NCBI GenBank assembly: GCA_050951605.1
Contig: JBMNJJ010000009.1
Coordinates: 409,730-473,729, forward strand
Length of the DNA stretch: 64,000 nucleotides
Direction: 5' to 3'
Origin: Peptococcia bacterium
Lineage (GTDB): Bacteria; Bacillota; Peptococcia; DRI-13; DTU073
Every line of letters starts with the position of its first letter. Position 1 is the stretch's first letter. The notes beneath the pieces were generated by a model. It did no database searches. It had not been told where the DNA came from and saw nothing but the letters and a program-made list of their open reading frames with translations. This document shows positions 19,174 to 28,392 of this stretch, piece after piece. Both the position numbers and the translations under genes were made by a program.

Positions 19174-20574
19174 ATGAGGTTATTTATAAAGCAAAATGAG
19201 CGTCAATTGTTATTATATAGTCAAATAGTAAATGATTATCCATGGTTACGTGATTTACTAGAACAAAATGAAAAAATATCAAATGAATTAGTTAAGTCTT
19301 TTTCTAAAGAGAAACAAGAATTTATAAAAACTATGTTTCAAAGAATTTTAAAATTAGCTTCAGAAGAATGGGAACGTGATAACAGCAAAGCTGTTAAAGA
19401 TTTAGGCAAAGATAAACAAAATTGGATTAAATGCTCTTTAGATAATAGACCTAATAGATTTGTTTTTTATATTAAGAATTATAGAAATGGAATAAGTTTA
19501 AATGTTGGAAGTGAATGTATTGAAAAATTCGATTTAATAAGTAAAAAAGATAGAATTCAGCTACAAAAAGAAGCAATACGAACGAGACGGTTAGCAAAAT
19601 TAAATAAAATCATACCAAATGTTGAAGAAATTATTAAAAACTGGGATAGAGACTTAAAAAAACAGCTAATAATCATTCCTTCAAATTTAAGTGTTCCTTA
19701 TATTCAAGTTGGCGATAAGGCTAAAGAATTATTCAATAAAATTTTAGATGAAGAAAGTGCAAATGTTAATGAATTAAATAGTTTATTAAAGCAACAAAAA
19801 GAATTACTTTTAAAAATTGACAATTATGTTAATGAACATAAAGACAAGCCTTTTATTCCGAATAAAAAAGTAGAATTTTGGTTAAAAAATAAGAATACAA
19901 TGGAGGCCAGAGAAGCATTAGAAAATCTTCAAAAGCTTGGGAAAACAACTATTTTTAGTATACATAGGATAAGAGAGAAAGAATTTATGGAATTATTAAT
20001 TCCAGAACTTAATTTAGTATTAAAAGGAGTTAAAGTTGAAAGTGCTGATTATTTACGGGAGGGATATGTTTATTATCTTCTGAAGCAGAAGGATATTAAA
20101 TTGTTTTGTAAACATAAAATTTTGCTTGAGGAATATGGTGGAAAAATTTTAGGTGAAGAACCGGATTATGTCCCGAATTTCCCTAGAATTATTGTTAATA
20201 GCAAAGTATATGATGATTTATCATATAGCAATATTATTGATTATGTTCAGGATAGTTTAAAGAATGTTCGAATTAAATATAATTATGATCATAAAGAAAT
20301 TTTATTAGAAGTAACCAATGATGAAAGAACTTATTATATTATTCCTCTTCAATCTTTTGGAATGCATTTTAAAACAATTGGTTTATTAACAAATAAACAA
20401 GCGAATGAGCAGTTGTCTAAACTTATAAAAACTGCAAAAGGATATTCGAAACTTGAATTAGCAAAATGGCAAAAGCCTGTTTGGATTCCATGGAATAAAA
20501 TTTTACCATCGGATGAAGATAAATTAAATAATTTAAAAGAAAATTACTTTGATATATTTTATGATGCAATATAA
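19174..20574 (+). CDS. Hypothetical 466-aa Lys/Asn-rich protein with no recognisable domain
   Basis: Strong RBS AAGGAAAGGAGGAG then ATG (MRLFIKQNERQ...). Very AT-rich. Lies 66 nt downstream of the HEPN-CBS gene and 146 nt upstream of hsdM. Confidence 0.6.
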   Translation: MRLFIKQNERQLLLYSQIVNDYPWLRDLLEQNEKISNELVKSFSKEKQEFIKTMFQRILKLASEEWERDNSKAVKDLGKDKQNWIKCSLDNRPNRFVFYIKNYRNGISLNVGSECIEKFDLISKKDRIQLQKEAIRTRRLAKLNKIIPNVEEIIKNWDRDLKKQLIIIPSNLSVPYIQVGDKAKELFNKILDEESANVNELNSLLKQQKELLLKIDNYVNEHKDKPFIPNKKVEFWLKNKNTMEAREALENLQKLGKTTIFSIHRIREKEFMELLIPELNLVLKGVKVESADYLREGYVYYLLKQKDIKLFCKHKILLEEYGGKILGEEPDYVPNFPRIIVNSKVYDDLSYSNIIDYVQDSLKNVRIKYNYDHKEILLEVTNDERTYYIIPLQSFGMHFKTIGLLTNKQANEQLSKLIKTAKGYSKLELAKWQKPVWIPWNKILPSDEDKLNNLKENYFDIFYDAI

Positions 20575-20719
20575 TATTTAAGAGTAGCACTGTAGATTAA
20601 TAATTATAGAAACATTAATTCAGCTGTGTTTTTTACCATAAGAGTTAAAATATTAGGCAAAGAGTAAGGGATGAGATAGAATAGAGATGAAACTAATGAC
20701 TTGAATTGGAGGAAGATAG

Positions 20720-22849
20720 ATGGCACTAAAAAAATCGGAATTATATAGTTCACTTTGGTCAAGTTGTGATGAATTAAGAGGGGGCATGGATGCTAGTCAG
20801 TATAAAGATTATGTTTTGGTAATGCTCTTTATTAAATATATCAGCGACAGGTACGCTAATGTACCTTATGCTCCTATTACGATACCTAAAGGAGCTAGCT
20901 TTAAAGATATGGTTGCCCTAAAGGGTAAGACGACTATTGGTGATGATATAAATAAAAAAATTATTGGTCCGCTTGCTGATGCTAATAAATTATCTAATAT
21001 GCCTGATTTTAATGATGCGACTAAACTGGGTAGCGGGAAGGAAATGGTTGACCGCTTGACAAACTTGATCGCTATTTTTGAGCGTGAAGAACTTGACTTT
21101 AGTAAGAATCGTGCTGATGATGATGATATTTTAGGTGATGCTTACGAATATTTGATGCGACATTTTGCTACGGAAAGCGGAAAGAGTAAAGGACAATTTT
21201 ATACTCCGGCCGAAGTTAGTCGGGTCATGGCCAAGATTATCGGTATAAGTAGTGCCAATACGAGTGCCTCTACTACTACCTATGACCCAACTTGTGGTTC
21301 AGGTTCGCTTCTTTTAAAAGTAGCTGATGAAGCCGGAAAAAGTATTTCCCTTTATGGACAAGAAAAGGATGCAACTACAGCAGGTTTAGCCCGGATGAAT
21401 ATGATCCTACATAATAATCCTTTAGCTGAAATTAAACAGGGGAACACGCTTTCTAATCCTCTATTTTTTGATGAATATGGAGATTTAAAACAATTTGATT
21501 ATGTAGTTGCCAATCCACCTTTTAGTGATAAACGTTGGGGTAATGGGGTAGATACTGAGGGCGACCCATATGGTAGATTCAAAGATTATGGAGTCCCACC
21601 GGCAAAAAACGGGGATTATGCTTATTTGCTTCATATTATTCGTTCGTTAAAAAATAGTGGTAAAGGTGCTTGTATTTTACCTCATGGTGTTTTATTTAGA
21701 GGCAATGTTGAAGCTGAGATAAGGAAGAAAATTATTAAAAAGGGATACATTAAAGGGATAATTGGTTTACCTGCTAACCTCTTTTATGGTACAGGTATTC
21801 CTGCTTGTATTATTGTACTTGATAAGGAGTATGCCGCAAGTCGTAAGGGCATTTTTATGATTGATGCGAGTAAAGGTTTTATGAAAGACGGTAACAAAAA
21901 CCGCTTACGGAGTAAAGATATACGTAAGATTGTGGATGTGTTTAATCAACAGGTAGAAATTGAAAAATATTCTCGGATGGTCTCTTTTTCTGAGATTGAA
22001 GAAAATGAATATAACTTGAACATACCTCGTTATATTGATAATCAAGAACCTGAAGATATTCAGGATATTGAGGCTCATCTTCTAGGGGGTATTCCTAATG
22101 CTGACTTGGATGCATTAAATAATTATTGGGAGGTTTACCCGACTCTCAGAAAAGCACTTTTCTGTAAAACATCACGAGAAGATTATTCTAGTTTGAAAGT
22201 AAAAAAGGATGAGATTAGGCAGACTATTTTTGAGCATCCGGAATTTATCTCTTTTGCTTCGGAAATGGACAATCTGTTTTCTAAGTGGAAAACAGAAAGT
22301 ACTAAAATGCTTAAAAGGATGCAGGTAGGAGTAAAGCCTAAAGAAGTAATTTCTAAGTTGTCGGAGAATCTACTTGCTTATTATTCAAATAAAAAACTTA
22401 TTTCTAAATATGACGTTTATCAACATCTCATGGATTATTGGGATGAGGTGATGCAGGATGATTGTTATCTAATCTCTGTTGATGGTTGGCAAGCAGAAAC
22501 TTATCGAATTCGTGTTGAAAATAGACAAAAAAAAATAGTGGATAAAGGTTGGGAATGTGACCTAGTACCTAAAAAATTAGTTATCAATCATTTTTTTATT
22601 AAGGAAAAACAAGCTATAGAAGCGATGGAAACAGAAGGGGAAACACTTGCCGGACGGCTTACGGAATTGGAAAAGGAACATAGTGACGATGAAGGCTGTT
22701 TTGCTGAGTTGGATAAAGTGAATAAGGGGAATGTTCAAGCTCGTTTGAAGGAATTGCAAGGGGATAAAGAAGCAAAGGATGAAGTTAAGGTTTTAAAAAC
22801 ATATCTTAATTTATTAGCTAAACGAGCTAAAAACAATAAAAAAAATTAA
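20720..22849 (+). CDS. hsdM: Type I R-M methyltransferase subunit HsdM (long form); reading frame terminated inside an A8 tract
   Basis: AdoMet motif YDPTCGSGSLLL and catalytic NPPFS. Stops at ...AKNNKKN*, immediately after the A8 run at 22838-22845. Confidence 0.9.
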   Translation: MALKKSELYSSLWSSCDELRGGMDASQYKDYVLVMLFIKYISDRYANVPYAPITIPKGASFKDMVALKGKTTIGDDINKKIIGPLADANKLSNMPDFNDATKLGSGKEMVDRLTNLIAIFEREELDFSKNRADDDDILGDAYEYLMRHFATESGKSKGQFYTPAEVSRVMAKIIGISSANTSASTTTYDPTCGSGSLLLKVADEAGKSISLYGQEKDATTAGLARMNMILHNNPLAEIKQGNTLSNPLFFDEYGDLKQFDYVVANPPFSDKRWGNGVDTEGDPYGRFKDYGVPPAKNGDYAYLLHIIRSLKNSGKGACILPHGVLFRGNVEAEIRKKIIKKGYIKGIIGLPANLFYGTGIPACIIVLDKEYAASRKGIFMIDASKGFMKDGNKNRLRSKDIRKIVDVFNQQVEIEKYSRMVSFSEIEENEYNLNIPRYIDNQEPEDIQDIEAHLLGGIPNADLDALNNYWEVYPTLRKALFCKTSREDYSSLKVKKDEIRQTIFEHPEFISFASEMDNLFSKWKTESTKMLKRMQVGVKPKEVISKLSENLLAYYSNKKLISKYDVYQHLMDYWDEVMQDDCYLISVDGWQAETYRIRVENRQKKIVDKGWECDLVPKKLVINHFFIKEKQAIEAMETEGETLAGRLTELEKEHSDDEGCFAELDKVNKGNVQARLKELQGDKEAKDEVKVLKTYLNLLAKRAKNNKKN

Positions 22850-23126
22850 AGAAGCAAAGGATGAACTTGATCAAAAGCTCTATGCCAAATATCCAACATT
22901 AACAATAGATGAAATAAAAACCCTTGTCGTAGAAGAAAAATGGATGGCTACTATTGAACGGAATATTCGTACAGAAATGGAGAAAATCAGTCAACGTTTA
23001 GCGCAGCGGATTAAGGAATTAGTTGAAAGATATGAAAACTCCTTACCTGAGCAGATTGCAGAAGTAGAAGAATTAGAACAGAAAGTAAATGCTCATCTTG
23101 AAAGGATGGGGTTTGTATGGCAGTAA
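22845..23126 (+). pseudogene. hsdM: Detached 3' segment of hsdM in the +1 frame
   Basis: The frame is open from 22818. IKEAKDELDQKLYAKYPTLTIDEIKTLVVEEKWMATIERN...HLERMGFVWQ* becomes contiguous with HsdM if the A run is 7 rather than 8. It ends in an ATGGCAGTAA overlap with hsdS. Confidence 0.75.
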
Positions 23127-24337
23127 AAAAAGGATATAAGCAAACTGAGGTAGGTGTAATCCCTGAGGATTGGGAAGTTAAGAAGCTGGGTGAGATTGCT
23201 GAGATAGCAACAGGAAGTACACCGCCAACACATGATCGAACAAATTATGGTGATGAATATTTCTTTGTTAGTCCTATTGATTTAGGAAAGGGAAAATGGA
23301 TTAAAGATACAAAAAAAAAACTTTCTAAAAAGGGTTTTAGTATGGCAAGACAATTCCCAAGGAAGAGTATTTTATTTACCTGTATTGGTTCTACTATTGG
23401 CAAGTCTGGAATTGCCGAGAGAGTGTTAACTTCTAATCAACAGATTAATGCAATTTTCCCTAATGACACTTATTCAAGTGATTATTTGTTTTATATTCTT
23501 AATAGGTTTTCGAAAAAAATCAAATCTTTAGCTGGAGAACAAGCTGTACCATTGATAAATAAATCAGAATTTGGAGAGTCGTTAATTCCTATTCCCGTTC
23601 TTGAAGAACAAACGGTCATTGCTAATGTCCTTTCGGATGCTGATGCATTAATAGAGTCACTGGAAAAGCTCATTGCTAAAAAACATGCTATTAAACAGGG
23701 AGCAATGCGGGAACTACTCAAGCCTAGAGAAGGTTGGGTGGTGAAGAAGCTGGGTGAGATGGGGTTTACTTATAGTGGTCTTTCTGGTAAATCAAAAAGT
23801 GACTTTTATGATGGGGTGTATCCTTATATTCCGTTTATGAATATTATGAGTAATGTTGTAATAGATACAAGTTATTTTGATTTTGTGAATCTTAAGCCAA
23901 GAGAAAAACAAAATAGAGTACAGATGGGAGATTTGTTTTTTAATGGTTCCTCGGAAACTCCGGAAGAAGTAGGGATGTGTTCAGTACTTATTGAAGATAT
24001 TTCTGACCTTTATATTAATAGTTTTTGCTTTGGTTTTAGACTTTATAATGAATTTCAAGATTATGGGTTGTTTCTTTCATATTATTTTAGAAGTAATTTT
24101 GGTAGGCAATTATTTTTTTCTTTGGCACAGGGAGCTACTCGTTATAATTTATCAAAAAATAATTTTCTTGAACTGGAAATCCCATTACCACCTCTCGAAG
24201 AACAAACCCATATTGCGTCCATCCTCTCGGACATGGATGCCGAAATTACTACTTTGGAAGCTAAGCTTGACAAATATAAGCAGATTAAACTGGGCATGAT
24301 GCAAAATCTTTTAACAGGGAGGATTAGGCTGATATGA
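23117..24337 (+). CDS. hsdS: Type I R-M specificity subunit HsdS (two target recognition domains)
   Basis: Two TRDs are separated by conserved helices LEEQTVIANVLSDADALIESLEKLIAKK and LEEQTHIASILSDMDAEITTLEAKLDKYK. Confidence 0.9.
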   Translation: MAVKKGYKQTEVGVIPEDWEVKKLGEIAEIATGSTPPTHDRTNYGDEYFFVSPIDLGKGKWIKDTKKKLSKKGFSMARQFPRKSILFTCIGSTIGKSGIAERVLTSNQQINAIFPNDTYSSDYLFYILNRFSKKIKSLAGEQAVPLINKSEFGESLIPIPVLEEQTVIANVLSDADALIESLEKLIAKKHAIKQGAMRELLKPREGWVVKKLGEMGFTYSGLSGKSKSDFYDGVYPYIPFMNIMSNVVIDTSYFDFVNLKPREKQNRVQMGDLFFNGSSETPEEVGMCSVLIEDISDLYINSFCFGFRLYNEFQDYGLFLSYYFRSNFGRQLFFSLAQGATRYNLSKNNFLELEIPLPPLEEQTHIASILSDMDAEITTLEAKLDKYKQIKLGMMQNLLTGRIRLI

Positions 24338-27300
24338 GTACAGTAGGACAAATTGAACGGGCTACTCAAAATCGCATCATTAGATTGTTTCGAGATGAAC
24401 TAGGATATAATTATCTTGGCAATTGGGAGAAACGCCCTAATAATAGCAATATTGAGGAAGAGCTTTTAAAAAGTTATCTTACAAAAAGAGGTTATAGTAA
24501 TACACTGATCAATAAAGCCATATATGAGTTACAGACAACAGCAAATAACTATAATGAGAGTCTATATACTAATAATAAAAACGTCTATAAGCTTCTTCGT
24601 TATGGAGTACAGATTAAGGCAGAGGTTGGGGAGAATTTTGAGACGGCACATTTTATTGACTGGCATTATCCAGAAAGAAATGATTTTGCGATTACCGAAG
24701 AGGTCACGGTATATGGTTATCGGGAGAAACGTCCTGACCTTGTACTTTACGTGAACGGTATTGCCATTGGTGTGGTGGAACTCAAACGTAGTATTGTCTC
24801 TATTGGTGAAGCAATTCGCCAGAATATTGTAAATCAGAAGAAAGAATTTATTGGGCAGTTTTTTTCTACGATTCAGTTCATTTTTGCTGGAAATGATACG
24901 GAGGGTTTACGTTATGGAACGATTGGCACACAGGAAAAGTTCTTTCTGCAATGGAAAGAGGATGTAGAGGATACCAGTTGTTTACAGCTTGATAGATATT
25001 TACTGAATTTGTGTAATAAGGAGCGGTTGCTGGAGCTAATTTATGATTTTGTTCTTTTTGATGGGGGAATTAAGAAGTTACCACGGGCTCATCAATATTT
25101 CGCAGTTAAAGCGGCACAGGAGCATGTACGGAGGCATGAAGGTGGTATTGTTTGGCATACACAGGGAAGTGGGAAGAGTATCGTCATGGTGTTTCTCGCT
25201 AAATGGATTTTAGAGAATAATCCTCATGCCCGCGTAGCGATTATTACAGATCGAGATGAGTTGGATAAACAGATTGAACGTGTTTTTCATGATGCCGGTG
25301 AAACTATTTACCGTACTTCTAGCGGTCGGGATTTGATGGCTCAACTTGCTCAAGCTAAGCCACGACTTCTTTGTTCGCTCATCCATAAGTTTGGGAAAAA
25401 AGATGTAGAGAATTTTGAAGAATTTATTAAGGAACTGGAAAGTCAGCCTTCTCAGGCGGTAGGTGAACTTTTTCTCTTTGTAGATGAGTGTCATCGTACC
25501 CAGAGCGGGAAATTACACCGGGTCATGAAGGCAATGTTGCCTAATGCTGTTTTTATTGGTTTTACAGGGACGCCACTTTTAAAGAAAGACAAAAAGACTA
25601 GTTTAGAGGTATTTGGTAAGTATATTCACACTTATAAATTTAATGAAGCGGTTGAGGATGAAGTAGTTCTGGATTTGCTGTATGAAGCTCGCGATATTGA
25701 CCAAAGAATATCTTCACCGGAACGTATTGATGCTTGGTTTAATCGTAAAACTAAAGGATTAAATGACTTTCAAAAAGCAGAACTGCGGAAAAAATGGGGT
25801 ACAATGCAGAGGGTACTTAGTTCACGTTCGCGGATGGAGAAAGTTGTTAATGATATTATTTATGATTTTAGTGTTAAACCGAGGCTAAGTTCAGAAAGAG
25901 GTAACGCTATTCTTGTGGCCTCCAGGATCTATGAAGCATGTCGCTATTTTGAGTTTTTTCAAAGAACTGAATTGAAAGGCAAATGTGCGGTGGTTACTTC
26001 CTATAATCCCAGTATAAGGGATATTGTTACTGAGGATACCGGTGCCAATACTGAAACTGAAAAAGAGTATATTTATGAGATTTATAAAGATTTGTTGGAA
26101 AATGTAACGACAGCACCAGGTAAAACAAAAACGGAGACCTATGAAGATGAGGTAAAAGATAAATTCGTTAAAGAGCCTGCCAATATGAGACTTTTAATTG
26201 TGGTGGATAAATTATTAACTGGTTTTGATGCCCCAAGCTGTACATATTTGTATATTGATAAATCTATGCAGGATCATGGTTTGTTTCAGGCTATTTGTAG
26301 AGTGAATAGGTTGGATACGGAAGATAAGCAATTTGGGTATATTGTTGATTATAAAGACCTTTTTAAGCAGGTCGAAAATGTTGTTGCTGTATATACTTCC
26401 GAACTTGATTATGATGATTTCGAAAAAGCTGATTGTGATATTCTTCTACGGGATAGGCTAAGTAAAGGACGGGAACGTCTTGATCATGCCCTAGAACATT
26501 TACTATTACTTTGTGAACCGGTGGAGCTTCCTAAAAGTACGTTAGAATATATACGTTATTTTTGTGGGAATATTGAAATCCCCGCAGAGTTAAAAGCAAG
26601 AGAAGTGCAGAGAACAGCTTTATATAAAGGTATTGTAGCTTTTGTACGGGCTTATGCTAATCTTGCTGAGGAAATGGAAGCCGCTGGTTATACAGAAGAG
26701 GAAATTAGAGAAATCAAAAAGAAACTTAATTTTTATCTAAAATTACGTGAAGAGATTAGAAGAGCTAGTGGTGAAACATTAGATTTAAAAGTTTATGAAG
26801 CTGATATGCGTCATTTGATTGATAATTATATTCAGGCTGATGAAGCACAAAATATCTCGCCATTTGGGGATTTATCATTGATTGAGATCATTGTAGAAAC
26901 AGGGATTGCTGATGCAATTAATAGCTTGCCGGAGGGTATTAAAGGAAGTAAAGAAGCGATTGCTGAAACTATTGCTAATAATGTACGTAGTAAAATTATA
27001 AAAGAACATTTAATTGACCCGGCTTTTTTTGAAGAGATGTCTGTATTGTTGGAGGCAATTATTAAAGAACGTAAAGAACAGGCCATTAGTTATGAAGAAT
27101 ATTTGAGAAGGATTGCTGATTTGGCGAAAAGGGTACAGGAAGGTAAAAGTGAAAACACACCGGAGAGTTTGAATACACCGGGGAAAAGAGCTCTTTATAA
27201 TAATCTTGAGAAGGATGTAGATAAAGCCTTACAGGTACATAATAGAATTATTGAGAATCGACCTGATGGTTGGCGTGGTAATTTTATTAAAGAAAATACT

Positions 27301-27387
27301 ATTAAATATCAAATATACGAAGTTTTAAAAGATGAGGAAGAAGTCGAAGAAATATTTTCTATAATAAAGGAGCAGATTGAATATTAA
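24334..27387 (+). CDS. hsdR: Type I restriction enzyme R subunit HsdR
   Basis: ATGA overlap with hsdS. Motif I HTQGSGKS and motif II DECHRTQ; 1017 aa. Confidence 0.9.
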   Translation: MSTVGQIERATQNRIIRLFRDELGYNYLGNWEKRPNNSNIEEELLKSYLTKRGYSNTLINKAIYELQTTANNYNESLYTNNKNVYKLLRYGVQIKAEVGENFETAHFIDWHYPERNDFAITEEVTVYGYREKRPDLVLYVNGIAIGVVELKRSIVSIGEAIRQNIVNQKKEFIGQFFSTIQFIFAGNDTEGLRYGTIGTQEKFFLQWKEDVEDTSCLQLDRYLLNLCNKERLLELIYDFVLFDGGIKKLPRAHQYFAVKAAQEHVRRHEGGIVWHTQGSGKSIVMVFLAKWILENNPHARVAIITDRDELDKQIERVFHDAGETIYRTSSGRDLMAQLAQAKPRLLCSLIHKFGKKDVENFEEFIKELESQPSQAVGELFLFVDECHRTQSGKLHRVMKAMLPNAVFIGFTGTPLLKKDKKTSLEVFGKYIHTYKFNEAVEDEVVLDLLYEARDIDQRISSPERIDAWFNRKTKGLNDFQKAELRKKWGTMQRVLSSRSRMEKVVNDIIYDFSVKPRLSSERGNAILVASRIYEACRYFEFFQRTELKGKCAVVTSYNPSIRDIVTEDTGANTETEKEYIYEIYKDLLENVTTAPGKTKTETYEDEVKDKFVKEPANMRLLIVVDKLLTGFDAPSCTYLYIDKSMQDHGLFQAICRVNRLDTEDKQFGYIVDYKDLFKQVENVVAVYTSELDYDDFEKADCDILLRDRLSKGRERLDHALEHLLLLCEPVELPKSTLEYIRYFCGNIEIPAELKAREVQRTALYKGIVAFVRAYANLAEEMEAAGYTEEEIREIKKKLNFYLKLREEIRRASGETLDLKVYEADMRHLIDNYIQADEAQNISPFGDLSLIEIIVETGIADAINSLPEGIKGSKEAIAETIANNVRSKIIKEHLIDPAFFEEMSVLLEAIIKERKEQAISYEEYLRRIADLAKRVQEGKSENTPESLNTPGKRALYNNLEKDVDKALQVHNRIIENRPDGWRGNFIKENTIKYQIYEVLKDEEEVEEIFSIIKEQIEY

Positions 27388-28093
27388 AATGAGACAATTG
27401 CAGATTGGAGATATAACTATTGATGTTGAACAAAAGGAGATTAAAAATATTCACTTGAGTGTGTACCCACCAACAGGAAGAGTACGCATTTCGGCACCTT
27501 TACGTTTGGATTTAGATACTATACGTGTTTATGCGCTTTCAAAACTTAAGTGGATAAAAAAACAACAAGCAAAATTCAAGGGTCAAGAAAGAGAAACACT
27601 GAGAGAATTTTTGAATAGGGAGAGTCATTATTATAAAGGAAAGCGTTATTTACTAAAAATTGTAGAATTAGAAGCACCGCCCAAGGTGGAATTAAAACAT
27701 AGCACAATTATTCTTTATGTTCGTCCCGGTGCATCTAAAGAAAAGAAGCAGGCGGTTTTAGAGGAATGGTATCGTTCACAATTAAAAATGGTTTTGCCGG
27801 CATTAATTGAGAAATGGGAAAAGAAGCTGAAGGTAGAAGTGAAAGAGTTTGGGATTAGGAAGATGAAGACAAAATGGGGATCCTGTAACTGCCAAGCAAA
27901 ACGGATTTGGTTGAATTTAGAATTAGCAAAAAAACCACCTGAGCATTTGGAATATGTTGTTGTTCATGAAATGGTTCATCTTTTAGAACGAAAACATAAT
28001 GATACTTTTATTACGTATATGAATAAGTATTTACCTAAGTGGCGTTTTTATAAAGATGAACTAAATAGATTACCGGTGGTATATGAAAAATAA
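27377..28093 (+). CDS. DUF45/YgjP-like (M48-type) zinc metallopeptidase-fold protein
   Basis: WGSCNCQAKRIWLNLELAK...VVVHEMVHLLERKHN (HExxH). The start is either TTG 27377 or ATG 27389 and overlaps or abuts the hsdR stop. Confidence 0.75.
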   Translation: MNIKMRQLQIGDITIDVEQKEIKNIHLSVYPPTGRVRISAPLRLDLDTIRVYALSKLKWIKKQQAKFKGQERETLREFLNRESHYYKGKRYLLKIVELEAPPKVELKHSTIILYVRPGASKEKKQAVLEEWYRSQLKMVLPALIEKWEKKLKVEVKEFGIRKMKTKWGSCNCQAKRIWLNLELAKKPPEHLEYVVVHEMVHLLERKHNDTFITYMNKYLPKWRFYKDELNRLPVVYEK

Positions 28094-28116
28094 CGAAAGC
28101 GTAAGATTAAAAAGGA

Positions 28117-28389
28117 GTGATAGTTATTAGGCTGAAAAGAGTTGCCGGTTTGGTGGTAGCATTGTTGATGTTATTTGCTGATACAGTGTTGGCGGCTCCG
28201 GCAAAGGTACTGATTAATACACCCCTTAGTAGTTATGTTGTAAATAGTAATGGTTTAGTTGTTTTTGATGAGCAAGGCAAGGAAATATTTAAGACTTCTG
28301 AGCGTATTATTTCTGCTTCATTAGCCGGAGATTTACTTGTCTATAAAACGGTGAAAAGCCAAAAAAATTATGTTGTAAGGTTACCATAG
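28117..28389 (+). CDS. Small protein with a hydrophobic N-terminus; C-terminal half paralogous to 36188..36451
   Basis: ...GLVVFDEQGKEIFKTSERIISASLAGDLLVYKTVKSQKNYVVRLP is near-identical to copy B. Start codon uncertain. Confidence 0.4.
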   Translation: MIVIRLKRVAGLVVALLMLFADTVLAAPAKVLINTPLSSYVVNSNGLVVFDEQGKEIFKTSERIISASLAGDLLVYKTVKSQKNYVVRLP

Positions 28390-28390
28390 T
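28251..28390 (+). repeat. Direct repeat segment 3 (small ORF 3' half), copy A (matches 36313..36452)
   Basis: tggtttagttgtttttgatgagca...ggttaccatagt is shared by both copies. Confidence 0.8.
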
Positions 28391-28392
28391 TG

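Noticed and set aside
23117-24337. An hsdS shufflon or phase-variable specificity system.
   Set aside because: There is only one hsdS, with no silent hsdS' cassettes, inverted repeats or site-specific recombinase adjacent.
7988-28250. The island as a classical integrative element, prophage or ICE.
   Set aside because: There is no integrase or recombinase, no phage structural or conjugation genes, no tRNA target, and no flanking att-like direct repeats that I could see. Only the IS21 is a mobility module.
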